Under the pieces are notes generated by a model that searched no databases, was not told where the DNA came from, and was given only the letters and a program-made list of their open reading frames with translations. Shown piece by piece: positions 34,719 through 44,538 of a stretch of 55,001 nt of DNA. The translations under genes and the position numbers were made by a program. The stretch comes from a virus (lineage: Duplodnaviria > Caudoviricetes): the IMG/VR virus record IMGVR_UViG_3300037424_000895, positions 1 through 55,001 of that record. The stretch is one strand, 5' to 3'. Numbering within the stretch: the stretch's first letter is position 1; every line of letters starts with the position of its first letter.

Positions 34719-35261
34719 TTAAGTTCTATTCCATTTCGCCATTTGGTATGCGTCAAACTTGTTGAACGCAGTTGCTACACCCTTCTTGATCGACAGCGGA
34801 ACCTTCTGCTTGGAACCGAACACAGTCAACGCATAAGCGTACAGGTCGGTCAGCTCATCCGCGCGCTGGATGAGGTAAGCTACTGCATCCTTGAAACCTT
34901 CCAGGACCAAGTTTCGATCACGGAGGATCTTTGCTAGCTCAACGGTCATCACGATCGGCATCGTGCGGATGAACATCTCCTCACGAGCAAAACGAGCTAC
35001 GTTCAGAGCGTAGCGAGCTCCCTGGAGTCCATGAGATGCAACCACGGTATCAAGAGCCTTGCGCATGCGCACGACCTTGTCATTCGTGGATTCGTAGAAA
35101 GCGTCATTGCCGTAAAGAGTACCGACGACGATTTCAAACAGTTGGTGTTCTGGACCCTTGACGTCTTGTAGGTTACCGTTAGCCGAATAAGCGCGACCGA
35201 ACGGAGCCAGGTGAGTCGGGGAGGTAGATGCAACAACCTTCTTGGCGTTTAACTTTGACAT
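34719..35261 (-). CDS. rsr: Ro60/TROVE protein, N-terminal part
   Basis: FYES, FAREEMFIRTMP, IQRADEL, KKGVA.AFNKFDAYQMAKW; RBS before MSKLN. Confidence 0.9.
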   Translation of the reverse strand: MSKLNAKKVVASTSPTHLAPFGRAYSANGNLQDVKGPEHQLFEIVVGTLYGNDAFYESTNDKVVRMRKALDTVVASHGLQGARYALNVARFAREEMFIRTMPIVMTVELAKILRDRNLVLEGFKDAVAYLIQRADELTDLYAYALTVFGSKQKVPLSIKKGVATAFNKFDAYQMAKWNRT

Positions 35262-35287
35262 AATGTCTTTCCTTTGTGATGATAATC

Positions 35288-35363
35288 TGGTTGAGATGTT
35301 TGTCAGACAGGTTCGAATCGAACCTTTCTCGTTAGGCTTTTCGGCTTTCCTATCGCATCTCAA
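35288..35363 (-). ncRNA. Candidate Y-like / tRNA-mimic RNA immediately upstream of Ro60
   Basis: TGAGATG/CATCTCA stem plus ACCA end, GCCGAA loop, AGGTTCG-ATT-CGAACCT hairpin. Confidence 0.5.
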
Positions 35364-35371
35364 AATTTTTA

Positions 35372-36283
35372 CTAATCTGCGTTGTCACGTGGTGACGGTT
35401 CGCAAAAGATCCAACGGCACTGAGGCATGCGAGTTCTAACTTCTTTCTCGAAGTCAATGATCGCTTGTATTGCCTCAGAGAGGGTCATCTCGACGTTCAG
35501 AGGCTCCAACTTGATCGAAGCCATGATCTCATGACCGTGTTGGATTAAGATCAAATGGTGCGCATAGAAACCGTGCTCATCAGCAATTCCTCGGATAGTG
35601 ATACCGACGTTGTTATCAGCTGCTTCGCCGATGATCAGGTTGTGTATCTCACGAGTGACCATCACCGCAACTATTGCTAGCAGAGTACCAACCATGATAC
35701 CACCGATCGCATCATACAGAGGATTGCCAGTAATCCATGCCAAAAACAGAGCAACAAAAGCAATTGCTAATCCACTCAAGGCAGCAACATCTTCAACGAC
35801 CAACACTAGCATCTCACTGCTTCGTGTATCTCGAAACCACTTCCAGTAAGATCGATTCCCTCGATCGTTCTGGATTGCATCTAACGCGCCTCTTAGTGCC
35901 CAGCCCTCAATCACTGCTGCGATGAATAAGATGCAAACGGCTAAACCGACATGCTTCAACGGTTCTGGATGTAGGATGTGTTCAATTCCTTCATAGATAG
36001 AGAACACACCACCCAGAAAGAACATCAACACTCCGACGAGCAAAGACCAAAAATACGTCTCTCTTGCATATCCCATCGGATTCTTCCGGCTGGGCTCCAA
36101 CTCTGATCGTTTCAGTCCGATCATGAGCAACAGTTGGTTACCACAGTCAGCAAACGAGTGAATCGCTTCTGCCATCAACGTCCCAGATCCGGTAAACACC
36201 GAAGAGACGAGTTTAGTGACGCCGATAGAAAAGTTGGCGATCAGAGACTTCTTGATTGCAGCCGTTGAATTGTGTGATTCCAT
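35372..36283 (-). CDS. Cation diffusion facilitator (CDF) transporter
   Basis: AEAIHSFADCGNQ, GY.RE.Y.W, EDVAAL, DAIG; six TM segments. Confidence 0.92.
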   Translation of the reverse strand: MESHNSTAAIKKSLIANFSIGVTKLVSSVFTGSGTLMAEAIHSFADCGNQLLLMIGLKRSELEPSRKNPMGYARETYFWSLLVGVLMFFLGGVFSIYEGIEHILHPEPLKHVGLAVCILFIAAVIEGWALRGALDAIQNDRGNRSYWKWFRDTRSSEMLVLVVEDVAALSGLAIAFVALFLAWITGNPLYDAIGGIMVGTLLAIVAVMVTREIHNLIIGEAADNNVGITIRGIADEHGFYAHHLILIQHGHEIMASIKLEPLNVEMTLSEAIQAIIDFEKEVRTRMPQCRWIFCEPSPRDNAD

Positions 36284-36297
36284 ATCTGTTTGTTAAT

Positions 36298-36681
36298 TCA
36301 CCTTTTGAAGTTAGTAATGTCTAATAGCTTATCAGCTTCATCCGCCATCCCAGCACTCTTGTTGATCAACGCAATCGCTTTGAGCAGCTCTGAAGCTTCT
36401 TGTAGTTTCTTTTGCAGCTGTGTAACTTGGCTGCTGAGCAAAAGATTGCGTTGAACTTTCTCAGCAAGCTGCTTTCGAAGAGTTTCATTACACTCAACGT
36501 AGTTAGCAGCTTCTTCCATGCTACCATCGAGACATTCGCGCGGATCAAAGACGATCGGTTTGATCGTGACACCGCTCGCGGTCATGTTCAATTGATCATA
36601 GATGAACTCATTACAGGCAGCTTCCATCTCAGCTTCGGAGTTATAACCATCAAGCCAGAGATCAACGAGAAAAATTGTCAT
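36298..36681 (-). CDS. Hypothetical early coiled-coil protein
   Basis: Downstream of the early promoter at 36699-36728. Confidence 0.7.
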   Translation of the reverse strand: MTIFLVDLWLDGYNSEAEMEAACNEFIYDQLNMTASGVTIKPIVFDPRECLDGSMEEAANYVECNETLRKQLAEKVQRNLLLSSQVTQLQKKLQEASELLKAIALINKSAGMADEADKLLDITNFKR

Positions 36682-36884
36682 ATTTCACCAGAAGAGATAT
36701 TGTATCACAAGTTGATATGAAAGTAAACTAATTAAGCGCTGAGTAAGTCCGACAACGAGAATCAGAATCCACAGACCAGATCAAAAACGCAATGTAGATC
36801 TAAAGCATGCTGATCTAACCAAAGCAGAGCGTTTAGCCTTTGCCATGTTTAGCTCGGTTATGATGTTTAGGATGATTTGTTCTT

Positions 36885-37169
36885 TCAAACTTCGCACGGT
36901 AAATCTTTCTTGGTTTCTATTGTGTCTAGTTCTGATAGTGGTTGTATTTTCTTAAGTCTAGTTATCAAAGGATGAAAATTCCTACCATTATTAACTTTGA
37001 TATCGCTAATAACTCTAATTTCACTTCCAGAATTTCCACATATTGGGCACCTTGTAAACGACGATTTAATTTCCTTAACAACGAATATCAACCCAACTGT
37101 GGAAGCATCTCCACAGCATTCTCTTGGCTTAACCACCATCACCAAATCACCGACTTTAATGTTTTCCAT
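36885..37169 (-). CDS. Hypothetical protein
   Basis: IKVGDLV, CC and CxxC motifs; AGGAG RBS. Confidence 0.65.
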   Translation of the reverse strand: MENIKVGDLVMVVKPRECCGDASTVGLIFVVKEIKSSFTRCPICGNSGSEIRVISDIKVNNGRNFHPLITRLKKIQPLSELDTIETKKDLPCEV

Positions 37170-37435
37170 GTTAGCTCCTATGCCAGCCAATACGACCATT
37201 TATTACCAGAACGCTCGCAATCAATCGCAAAACCATTTGCACGAAGCTCTGCAACAGATTGTTAAGAAATCTCATGCTTTGTCTTTCCAGTGCAGGTGAT
37301 AAGTGAGGAAGAGATCTGTCAGCAGTATTGCCAGTGTTGCATAGAGACCGTTTGTACCGAATGAAACGTATAAAACAAAGGCCGTAAAGCAATACATCAC
37401 AAAGATTATGGCAAAGCGGAGAATTTTTTGAATGT

Positions 37436-37690
37436 TCATATGTTCACCAATCCAGTAGACAACAGCTCTTTTTGAGCATTTGTAAAGATCTTGAATCGAC
37501 GGTTGACTTCAGCTTTCTTCAGCTCACCATCACACGTCAGAACTTCGGGAAAGAGATTGCTTTCAAGACGTTGCCAAAGTTTCTTAGCTTGGTCTTCGGT
37601 CAGCTTGTTGATGTCATACTTGTCTTGAGGACGGTTGAAAAGATCACACAGTGCATTTTCTTGATCAATCACGATTTGCAGATTCTTCAT
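37436..37690 (-). CDS. Hypothetical early protein
   Basis: GGAGG RBS before MKNLQ; promoter at 37734-37762. Confidence 0.7.
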   Translation of the reverse strand: MKNLQIVIDQENALCDLFNRPQDKYDINKLTEDQAKKLWQRLESNLFPEVLTCDGELKKAEVNRRFKIFTNAQKELLSTGLVNI

Positions 37691-37799
37691 AACACCTCCA
37701 TTCATTGAAGCCGCGCGATTCGATGACAGAGACATTATATCATGAACTACAAGAAAGTAAACAGGTTTGTTACGATTTTTCTCGTAGAGCTTGCTCAAG

Positions 37800-38196
37800 A
37801 TCAGAACACCCAATCCAATAAAGGGAGAATTCAGTCTTCTGACACCCGCAAAAAGATTTCATTTTCTAATCTCGGTAAACATCAATGGCCTTCAACCAGA
37901 TCAAGAACTCTCTCCAAGGAACAACGTGAGAAGATTAGTGAGTCCCTTATATCACTCACTCTGAAGAAACTAAGCGAAAAATTCACGAAGGTAATCTAAA
38001 GATGAGAGGCGAACAAAATGGATTCTTCGGTAAACACCACTCTCACGAAACTAGAGCAAAGTTTCGTGAGAGAAACCGTGTATATGTTCACAACTCTACG
38101 TCATTCATTTGTGTTAAGAAAGAAGAAGTTGACGCTTATATTGCTCAAGGCTGGATGCGAGGTCGCGGTCAACTTAAAAGACAAGACGTTTCTTAA
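37800..38196 (+). pseudogene. Remnant of a NUMOD3-type homing endonuclease
   Basis: SSDTRKKIS, SKEQREKIS, GEQNGFFGKHHSHETRAK, GWMRGR fragments in broken frames; no nuclease domain. Confidence 0.65.
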
Positions 38197-39880
38197 ACCA
38201 GTCTGGAAGATTATGCTTCCATTCATCGTAAAAATATTTGAAGTTCTGGTCTAAAATATATGTCACTGAGGTATCAGTTTCATGTCTAGTTGATCTGCCG
38301 CTTGCTTGTAAGATATTAAGCCACATTTTGTTTTTGTACCAACTTCCATCAAGCTGAGACTTCTTCTTGACACGTACATCGCCGAGATTTGCCCATGGAA
38401 GTTTGATGATCACCTGGAACTGTGAGAGATCATCGTGTAAGTCAACGCCTTCCATCATGGAGGGAGACAAAAGAACACTCCCATACATCGAACCGTCACG
38501 CTCATGCATCTCGAGCAGTTCGTCGTTCTTGTACTTTTTCGGGTACATGTTCTTCCCGGCATTAGCGTTCTTCAGAACGTCCATATCACGGCAGAGCAGA
38601 CGATTCTGGTTCTTCGGTGAAACTCCGGTGAAGATGTGTTTCTGGATGTCATACGTCACACTGTGAATTATGCCACGTTCATCAGGGTGCATCTTAAGGA
38701 TCTCGTCGATCAAACCTCCGACCTTCTTTACGTTCTGGTCATAGACTTCCTTGCTCAACTTAATCGTTGGCATCACGATCACCGGTGACAGCTCAGGCTT
38801 GAACGGAGAATCGGTCTCCATGAAGAAACACTCACTCTCCTTGATACCTAGTTCTTTGCAAAACTCTTTCTTCGTTCCGAGGGTAGCTGAGAGGAAGACG
38901 AACTTCTTTCCTAGCTTACCAAAGTACTCATGGAATAAGAAATCACCGTAGATGGGTGACAACTTCAGAACGTTCGCGTCAGGTTGTTTAGAGATGATCC
39001 AGCGTCTTGACAGTTCTTCAGGAGTTCCGTGAGTGTTGAAAAAGATCTTCAAGGGTTGGATTGCTTTATCAAGCTGATAGATCTTAGCATTTAGCTTTCT
39101 TACCTTCTCAGCTGTCTTATCTGTGAACCCCTTCGCCCATTCACGAGCACTAGCTCCGAACAGTCGAGCTTGAGGAAACTCCGTCTCCAACTTTACAGCG
39201 AGCTCTTGAGCTTTTCTCTCGAGGATCTCCTTGATCTCGATAACCTTGAAGTAATCTTCTTCTGCCCGTCCGGTGAAGATGATTCCACGCGTCTGCACCC
39301 CGAAGTCTTCATGGTACTTCTCTGGATCAATGTTTGACTCTGCGAAAGAGACAAGGTGATTTTCAATGTTGTGAGCTTCGTCAAAGATCACTGCTGTACG
39401 CTCGACCCAAGGGTTGTCCTCATCCTTCGCGAAACCACAGTGAGTGCTGTAGAGCATGTACACTGGGTTGGTGATCATAGCTTTCGCGGCAAGCGCGGCC
39501 TTCTTTTGATTGATGTAGGGACAAGTACTGTTGCGAACACAGTCTTGGTAGAGATCAGCATTCGCAGAACAGGGTGCTGCATCTACCGTAAAATTGGTAT
39601 TCAGAGCACAGGTGTAGTTTCCTCTACCCTTGAGGTTGATCAACTCGTCCCAAGACTTCATGTACTGATCTTGGAGCTGCAGTGTTGACGTCAACATGTA
39701 AGCGTTGAAGATGCTGTCGGCGATCGATGTTGCGATGTAGGTCTTACCTACACCGGTTGGCAGAGACAGAGCGAAGTACTTATAGTTGTCCCACTCGCGG
39801 TGGATGGCTTCAACTACGTCGATCTGTTGTGGACGAGCCTTGATCTGGTGTGTTTCGAAGAACTTTAAGGGTTGAATCAT
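38174..39880 (-). CDS. DinG/Rad3 (YoaA-like) SF2 helicase
   Basis: PTGVGKT, LKGRGNY.C, Fe-S cysteines, DEAH, SAT, EGVD, QASGR..R. Confidence 0.93.
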   Translation of the reverse strand: MIQPLKFFETHQIKARPQQIDVVEAIHREWDNYKYFALSLPTGVGKTYIATSIADSIFNAYMLTSTLQLQDQYMKSWDELINLKGRGNYTCALNTNFTVDAAPCSANADLYQDCVRNSTCPYINQKKAALAAKAMITNPVYMLYSTHCGFAKDEDNPWVERTAVIFDEAHNIENHLVSFAESNIDPEKYHEDFGVQTRGIIFTGRAEEDYFKVIEIKEILERKAQELAVKLETEFPQARLFGASAREWAKGFTDKTAEKVRKLNAKIYQLDKAIQPLKIFFNTHGTPEELSRRWIISKQPDANVLKLSPIYGDFLFHEYFGKLGKKFVFLSATLGTKKEFCKELGIKESECFFMETDSPFKPELSPVIVMPTIKLSKEVYDQNVKKVGGLIDEILKMHPDERGIIHSVTYDIQKHIFTGVSPKNQNRLLCRDMDVLKNANAGKNMYPKKYKNDELLEMHERDGSMYGSVLLSPSMMEGVDLHDDLSQFQVIIKLPWANLGDVRVKKKSQLDGSWYKNKMWLNILQASGRSTRHETDTSVTYILDQNFKYFYDEWKHNLPDWFKKRLVF

Positions 39881-40069
39881 TTGTGGGTCTCCGTTGAAGA
39901 GACATTATAATCTTCTGCTCTTTAATAGTACATTTGGCTTTCTCAAGCTCAACTTCGATGGAGTTACGGAAGTAACATGAGTCAGAATCTGGGAGCAGCT
40001 CCGGTGGACATAGAGAACTTCTTACTAGATACTGAAGCGCCGGAGAAAAGTCAATTTGATTCTCTCCGC

Positions 40070-40600
40070 TCATAGCTTCAGATCGTACTTGATTGTCTCG
40101 ATCATCTCCATCAGTTCATACATCACCGACCGGAGCATCATGCTCTGATTAGAGAAAAGATTGATGTGGTCTTTTGACGGATCTTGACTCATGATAAATG
40201 CATCAAACGCGAGACGCATACCTTGTGTCAACTCATTAAGAGCAGTTCCCGTTCGAATAATCTTCTTGTTGGGAGGAAAGGCTAACATCGCTTCAGACAG
40301 ATCATGCGAAGTCTTTTCAAGTGTCTCGACGATCTTTGCCAGAGTCTCACTGCTGTATGAGAACTTTTCGCACTCAGCAATGGTATCGATCAGATCACCA
40401 CTAACCTCAATGATCTCCTGTCGAATGCACTTTCCGATCACGAAGCTCCTCAAAGAGACGCCCGGATTCTGGTACATAGCATCTCTTCCCTTGAGACCGT
40501 TCACCAGAGCGTAAAAGTGATCTGGTAGTCGAGAGATTGCCAATAGATAGTTGACGTTATAAGATTTTGATGGTGGTTTCTGTATAGTCCATTCAGACAT
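40070..40600 (-). CDS. Hypothetical protein
   Basis: 176-aa ORF. Confidence 0.7.
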   Translation of the reverse strand: MSEWTIQKPPSKSYNVNYLLAISRLPDHFYALVNGLKGRDAMYQNPGVSLRSFVIGKCIRQEIIEVSGDLIDTIAECEKFSYSSETLAKIVETLEKTSHDLSEAMLAFPPNKKIIRTGTALNELTQGMRLAFDAFIMSQDPSKDHINLFSNQSMMLRSVMYELMEMIETIKYDLKL

Positions 40601-40617
40601 GTATTATCCCTATCTAA

Positions 40618-40650
40618 GATTGAGGGCTTCAAATTGAAGCCCTCAGATTC
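40618..40650 (-). terminator. Hairpin after the AAA ATPase gene
   Basis: TGAGGGCTTCAA/TTGAAGCCCTCA. Confidence 0.6.
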
Positions 40651-40651
40651 A

Positions 40652-43093
40652 TCACTCGTCGTTCCGACGTTCGGCGATCTCTCCACCACCGATGAAGCCC
40701 ATGCCGTTGCGTTCCAGACCGGCCAACTTCGCCTTGGATTCCATCGCGAGACGTTCCAACCAAGTGTCAACTGATAGCTCTTCTTCACACAGCAGATTTG
40801 CCTGGCGACGAACGACGGCAAAATCACCAGGTGTCAAGTGAGGGATCCCATTCAGCGTAGACACCACACGATCATGTTCAGTAGTATCCATTGCGAGGAT
40901 GTCAACCCCTGTCTCATTGATCAGCATCTTCAAGCGTTGCTCGCGAGTCAGAGGCTTGAATTCAAGTTTGAAAGCGAAACGCCGTAGAGCAGCTGCATCT
41001 AGTGAGTTGAACAGGTTGGTAGCGCAGATGAAGATACCATTGAAGTTTTCCATACGCTGCAGCAGCTCGTTGACTTGAGATACTTCCCAGCTCTTGGAGG
41101 CCATTGCACGATCACGGAGGAAGCTGTCGGCTTCATCCAACAGAAGTATCGCACCTTCAGCCTTCGCTTCATCAAACATCGCTGCGATGTTCTTCTCAGA
41201 CTCTCCCACATACTTATCGAGTAGATCAGAAGCACGTTTCTTGATCAGCGGCATGTCCAAAACCATAGCCATGTACTCGACCAGTTGTGTCTTACCGGTT
41301 CCAGGAGGACCGTAGAGACACATCGTACCAGACGGACGCTTTTTCAGGGCCTGGATGATCTTGTCAACCGGGACGTTTCCACTGAGGTTCAACAGATCAA
41401 GGCTGTACTTGGTCACGCTGTCGCGCAGTTCTTCCATCTTCTCACGATTCAACGCGCGTTGGCTGTTAGCGATCACGTGGAACAAGTTGGCTTCGCCCTC
41501 TGGGCCCTTCAGGCCGAGCAGTTGAACAGCACGAGCAGCAGATTTGATCTGCTCGACGTTTAGTTCGACATACTTCGAGAGCTTCATCGCGATCTCAGGA
41601 GAGAAGCCGAGCTCATCGACTACCTTCTGAACTTCTTCACGACGATCAGCACGAGAACCGCCCTTCATCTCGACGTGGAGCAAGAACCTTCCCACATTAT
41701 CGGTCGACACCGAAGATGGTGAGTCTACCAACCAGATCGATGGAACTGGATTCTTGATCATCAGCAGCTCATCGCTTGTTAGATCGTCGTCCTTGTTGCT
41801 ACTGCTGGTACCGTCATTACCGAACATGTCGAGGAACCAAGATGGGCTACTGCTACCGCGAGTCAAAGCCTGGTCAGCTTTCTCGATGATCAGAATGACA
41901 GGCATATCCTTGACGGTAATGTGCTTGGCGCGTTGCTGGGCAACGTAGCAGATCGCCGGGATGTCACTTGATTTAGCATCCTTGGTGCGGATCTTCATCG
42001 GCTTGAAGCCGTGGTGTTCCTTTAGCATGTTGACCACGTAGCTCATCTTATCAAGACGACGACTACCGTAGAACATAACGTTCAGGCCGAGAGATTTCTC
42101 GATCATGTCTGTGACGCGCTCAACGCTGGAATCTGACTTGCTAACGTAAGAAGCATCCTCAGCTGCATCATAGGCTTGCTTCAAGAAGTTGCTGAGCAAG
42201 AGCTCATCAGCGACAGAAGCCTTCGCGATCGACCCGGAAGAAGATTTCTTCTTCTCCCTCAACGGCTCCAGGAAGCGCTCGAAGAATTTATCTTCATTGT
42301 CAGTGTAATGGGACAGAGCATAGACCCAGAAATCAGACATGTTTGGCAGTCGCTTAGACTTCGCGTCATAGTTGACGATACCCAAAGCGATCGGCTTGCT
42401 GCGGTCGCTCAAACAATCATTAATACCGTCTACCGACTGGTTTATGCCGAGCATCACCTTGTAGAAGTGCTCGAGCAGAGAAGAGTTACGGTTGATCGCG
42501 AACAAGAAGTCACGGAAGATCGCAGCACGAATGTCGACTGAGAACAGAAGATTCATCTCCATCAGTTTTCCCTCGGCGACAGATAGCTTGATTGCGTCGG
42601 TCAATCGTTGGATGTTGATCGTGATCGAGGAGATACGACCAGCAAAGTTGTCACGCATCACGTCAAACATCGCGTTCACGATCTTCTTCAATGCTTCACT
42701 TGACTCATTGTTCGTCTTGTATGTGGACAGCAGGGTGCGGTAGATCTCCGATGACAATACGAAGTCACGCACGTAGGTTGTGGTGATGTTCTCAGAGAAT
42801 TGATGGCGCAGGTTGTTTACGATCTGCATCAGCTTCTCTTGCTTCTCGAGGTTATTGATAGAGTCAAGAGTCTCGAAGGCCTCTAGATCGAAACCTGGAA
42901 TGATGTCGGCGAGGATCTTTGACAGAGCTTCATTGCTGCTGTCAACAGGCAGACCTTGTAGCAACGCGGTGAAGTAGGTTGAGAAAACGTACTCGTCCAT
43001 CAAGATGAACGGGGTGCAGAGGGGGTCTTCCGACAGGTTGACCAAGTATTCCAGCAATTGTACTGGATATTCATTGGCAGTGTTTTGAGTCAT
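40652..43093 (-). CDS. AAA+ ATPase (degenerate first and intact second AAA domain)
   Basis: GPPGTGKT, KYVGESEKN, LLLDEADS, ATN, LDAAALRRF. Confidence 0.92.
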   Translation of the reverse strand: MTQNTANEYPVQLLEYLVNLSEDPLCTPFILMDEYVFSTYFTALLQGLPVDSSNEALSKILADIIPGFDLEAFETLDSINNLEKQEKLMQIVNNLRHQFSENITTTYVRDFVLSSEIYRTLLSTYKTNNESSEALKKIVNAMFDVMRDNFAGRISSITINIQRLTDAIKLSVAEGKLMEMNLLFSVDIRAAIFRDFLFAINRNSSLLEHFYKVMLGINQSVDGINDCLSDRSKPIALGIVNYDAKSKRLPNMSDFWVYALSHYTDNEDKFFERFLEPLREKKKSSSGSIAKASVADELLLSNFLKQAYDAAEDASYVSKSDSSVERVTDMIEKSLGLNVMFYGSRRLDKMSYVVNMLKEHHGFKPMKIRTKDAKSSDIPAICYVAQQRAKHITVKDMPVILIIEKADQALTRGSSSPSWFLDMFGNDGTSSSNKDDDLTSDELLMIKNPVPSIWLVDSPSSVSTDNVGRFLLHVEMKGGSRADRREEVQKVVDELGFSPEIAMKLSKYVELNVEQIKSAARAVQLLGLKGPEGEANLFHVIANSQRALNREKMEELRDSVTKYSLDLLNLSGNVPVDKIIQALKKRPSGTMCLYGPPGTGKTQLVEYMAMVLDMPLIKKRASDLLDKYVGESEKNIAAMFDEAKAEGAILLLDEADSFLRDRAMASKSWEVSQVNELLQRMENFNGIFICATNLFNSLDAAALRRFAFKLEFKPLTREQRLKMLINETGVDILAMDTTEHDRVVSTLNGIPHLTPGDFAVVRRQANLLCEEELSVDTWLERLAMESKAKLAGLERNGMGFIGGGEIAERRNDE

Positions 43094-43110
43094 CTCTTTT
43101 CCTCAGCTAG

Positions 43111-43323
43111 TTAGATAAAAATTTGTGATACACATGATGCTTCGATCTTCACCTTCCCCTTCACTTCTGGATGAGTCTTGATGAAGGTTTTGATCAATCT
43201 TTCGCGATCGTCCAGCGCGATCATACATGCTGTGATCGTGGGAAATGACTGTACATTAACTCGCTCAGGGAATTGTCCTGGAGTTGAGAATGACATGACT
43301 AGAACCCATGTTGTCAAAAGCAT
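43111..43323 (-). CDS. Small hypothetical protein
   Basis: 70-aa ORF. Confidence 0.55.
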   Translation of the reverse strand: MLLTTWVLVMSFSTPGQFPERVNVQSFPTITACMIALDDRERLIKTFIKTHPEVKGKVKIEASCVSQIFI

Positions 43324-43326
43324 AGG

Positions 43327-43830
43327 CTAGACCTTGTATGAACGACGCAGTTCTTCTACCAACTCGATCGTCTCCCAGACGTTACCTTTGTGGAAGATGC
43401 TATGACCACCTTTGGCTGCCCACTCATTGACGTTAGAGTGAGTATCGTCGATCAGGACCTTATTTGGTCCCGAGTGCAGTTGCTTGTCCTTCTTTGGCAG
43501 CACGATGGTTGTGTGCTCAGGACCAAACTTCTTGGCAACCCACTCAACCTTTTGCATGCGAGAGCGCTCTCCGGGAGGAGCTCCTGTCAAGAAGATTGGG
43601 TTGAATTGTTTAGTGTATGTCCAGAGATGCTCGGCGTCAGGCATGAATTCCAGCGAACCGAAGAACTGCTTGTCGGCCATGACGATCTTCCAGAGGCCTT
43701 TGCCCAGTTCATGTGGGTGCTTCCCGGAAAGTTTGAAGACGCGTCCTTCAAAGTCAGCAAAGACTCCGTCAAGGTCAAGGTAGAATCCCTCGAAGGGGTT
43801 GAAGTCGATTGTGGGAACTTTCTTTGCCAT
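43327..43830 (-). CDS. 5'(3')-deoxyribonucleotidase-like HAD hydrolase
   Basis: DLDGVFADF, LT, K..W, LIDD, W...GG. Confidence 0.88.
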   Translation of the reverse strand: MAKKVPTIDFNPFEGFYLDLDGVFADFEGRVFKLSGKHPHELGKGLWKIVMADKQFFGSLEFMPDAEHLWTYTKQFNPIFLTGAPPGERSRMQKVEWVAKKFGPEHTTIVLPKKDKQLHSGPNKVLIDDTHSNVNEWAAKGGHSIFHKGNVWETIELVEELRRSYKV

Positions 43831-43873
43831 CTTTTTCTTTCTATCACAGATACTACTTGTTAAATTACCAGGT

Positions 43874-44075
43874 TGGCTGATCTGGGTTGGATTCGAACCA
43901 ACCTACCTCTAGCTTAGAAAGCTAGCGCTCTACGATGTGCTCTAAAATTGCTTACCTTCAAGGAGATGGCCTATCTCGTTCCGGTTTGGTCCTAGAAGTA
44001 CACGCCACTAACGTACCGGATGCTAGAGCTTAAGTTAGATCCGGGTTGCTCGTGAGTCCAATGAGCTACAGACCA
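43874..44075 (-). tRNA. tRNA-Arg(TCT) with a 124-nt insertion in the D-loop
   Basis: TGGTCTG-TA-GCTC-ATTGGA-[43933-44056]-TA-GAGC-G-CTAGC-TTTCTAA-GCTAG...TTCGAAT...CAGATCA-G-CCA. Confidence 0.82.
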
Positions 44076-44079
44076 ATTG

Positions 44080-44490
44080 TTACTTTTTCAACAGCTTGAA
44101 TGCACCTTCTAATTTAACGATACCGCGGATCAATTCAACCTTATCTTGAAGGTTGTTTGATTCGACCGGTTTATGAGGCGGTTCAACTGACAGTGTGATG
44201 TGGTAGAAACTTCCGTCAGAACGAACCGCATCCTTACCGATCGTGATCGCAATGCACTCTACCCCGTCACCGCGAGCGATGCCTCTCGCGAAGACCGGCG
44301 GAGCAGAATCAAGCAATGTTACGAAGTTTTTCAGCTTTTCTGGAGTCAGGTTGAACTCGATTGTGACGTGGTGACAGATCACCTTAGAGAACTGAGGCCG
44401 AAACAACCGCAGAAGGTGTGCACGACTCTTTTCCGAGATTTCATACGCGAGATAGTGACCGGGCTGAAAATTCATAACATTCCTCATCAA
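44080..44490 (-). CDS. 2H phosphoesterase (tRNA-ligase CPDase-like)
   Basis: Two HxT motifs (HHVTI and YHITL), KPVESN; early promoter at 44499-44528. Confidence 0.75.
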   Translation of the reverse strand: MMRNVMNFQPGHYLAYEISEKSRAHLLRLFRPQFSKVICHHVTIEFNLTPEKLKNFVTLLDSAPPVFARGIARGDGVECIAITIGKDAVRSDGSFYHITLSVEPPHKPVESNNLQDKVELIRGIVKLEGAFKLLKK

Positions 44491-44538
44491 GATGATGCAT
44501 TATATCACGGTAGTCATCAAAAGTAAACTGTTACTTGA

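Noticed and set aside
34017-34720. Group I intron carrying the HNH gene within Ro60
   Set aside because: Only ~36 nt separate the upstream stop from the HNH start, and the HNH overlaps the downstream half, so there is no space for a catalytic core. The downstream half has its own RBS and ATG.
43933-44056. Known small ribozyme (pistol, twister, HDV-like theta) as the tRNA-Arg insert
   Set aside because: Only short partial resemblances (e.g. TTAAGCTCTAG); I could not fit a full consensus by eye, so it is left unassigned.
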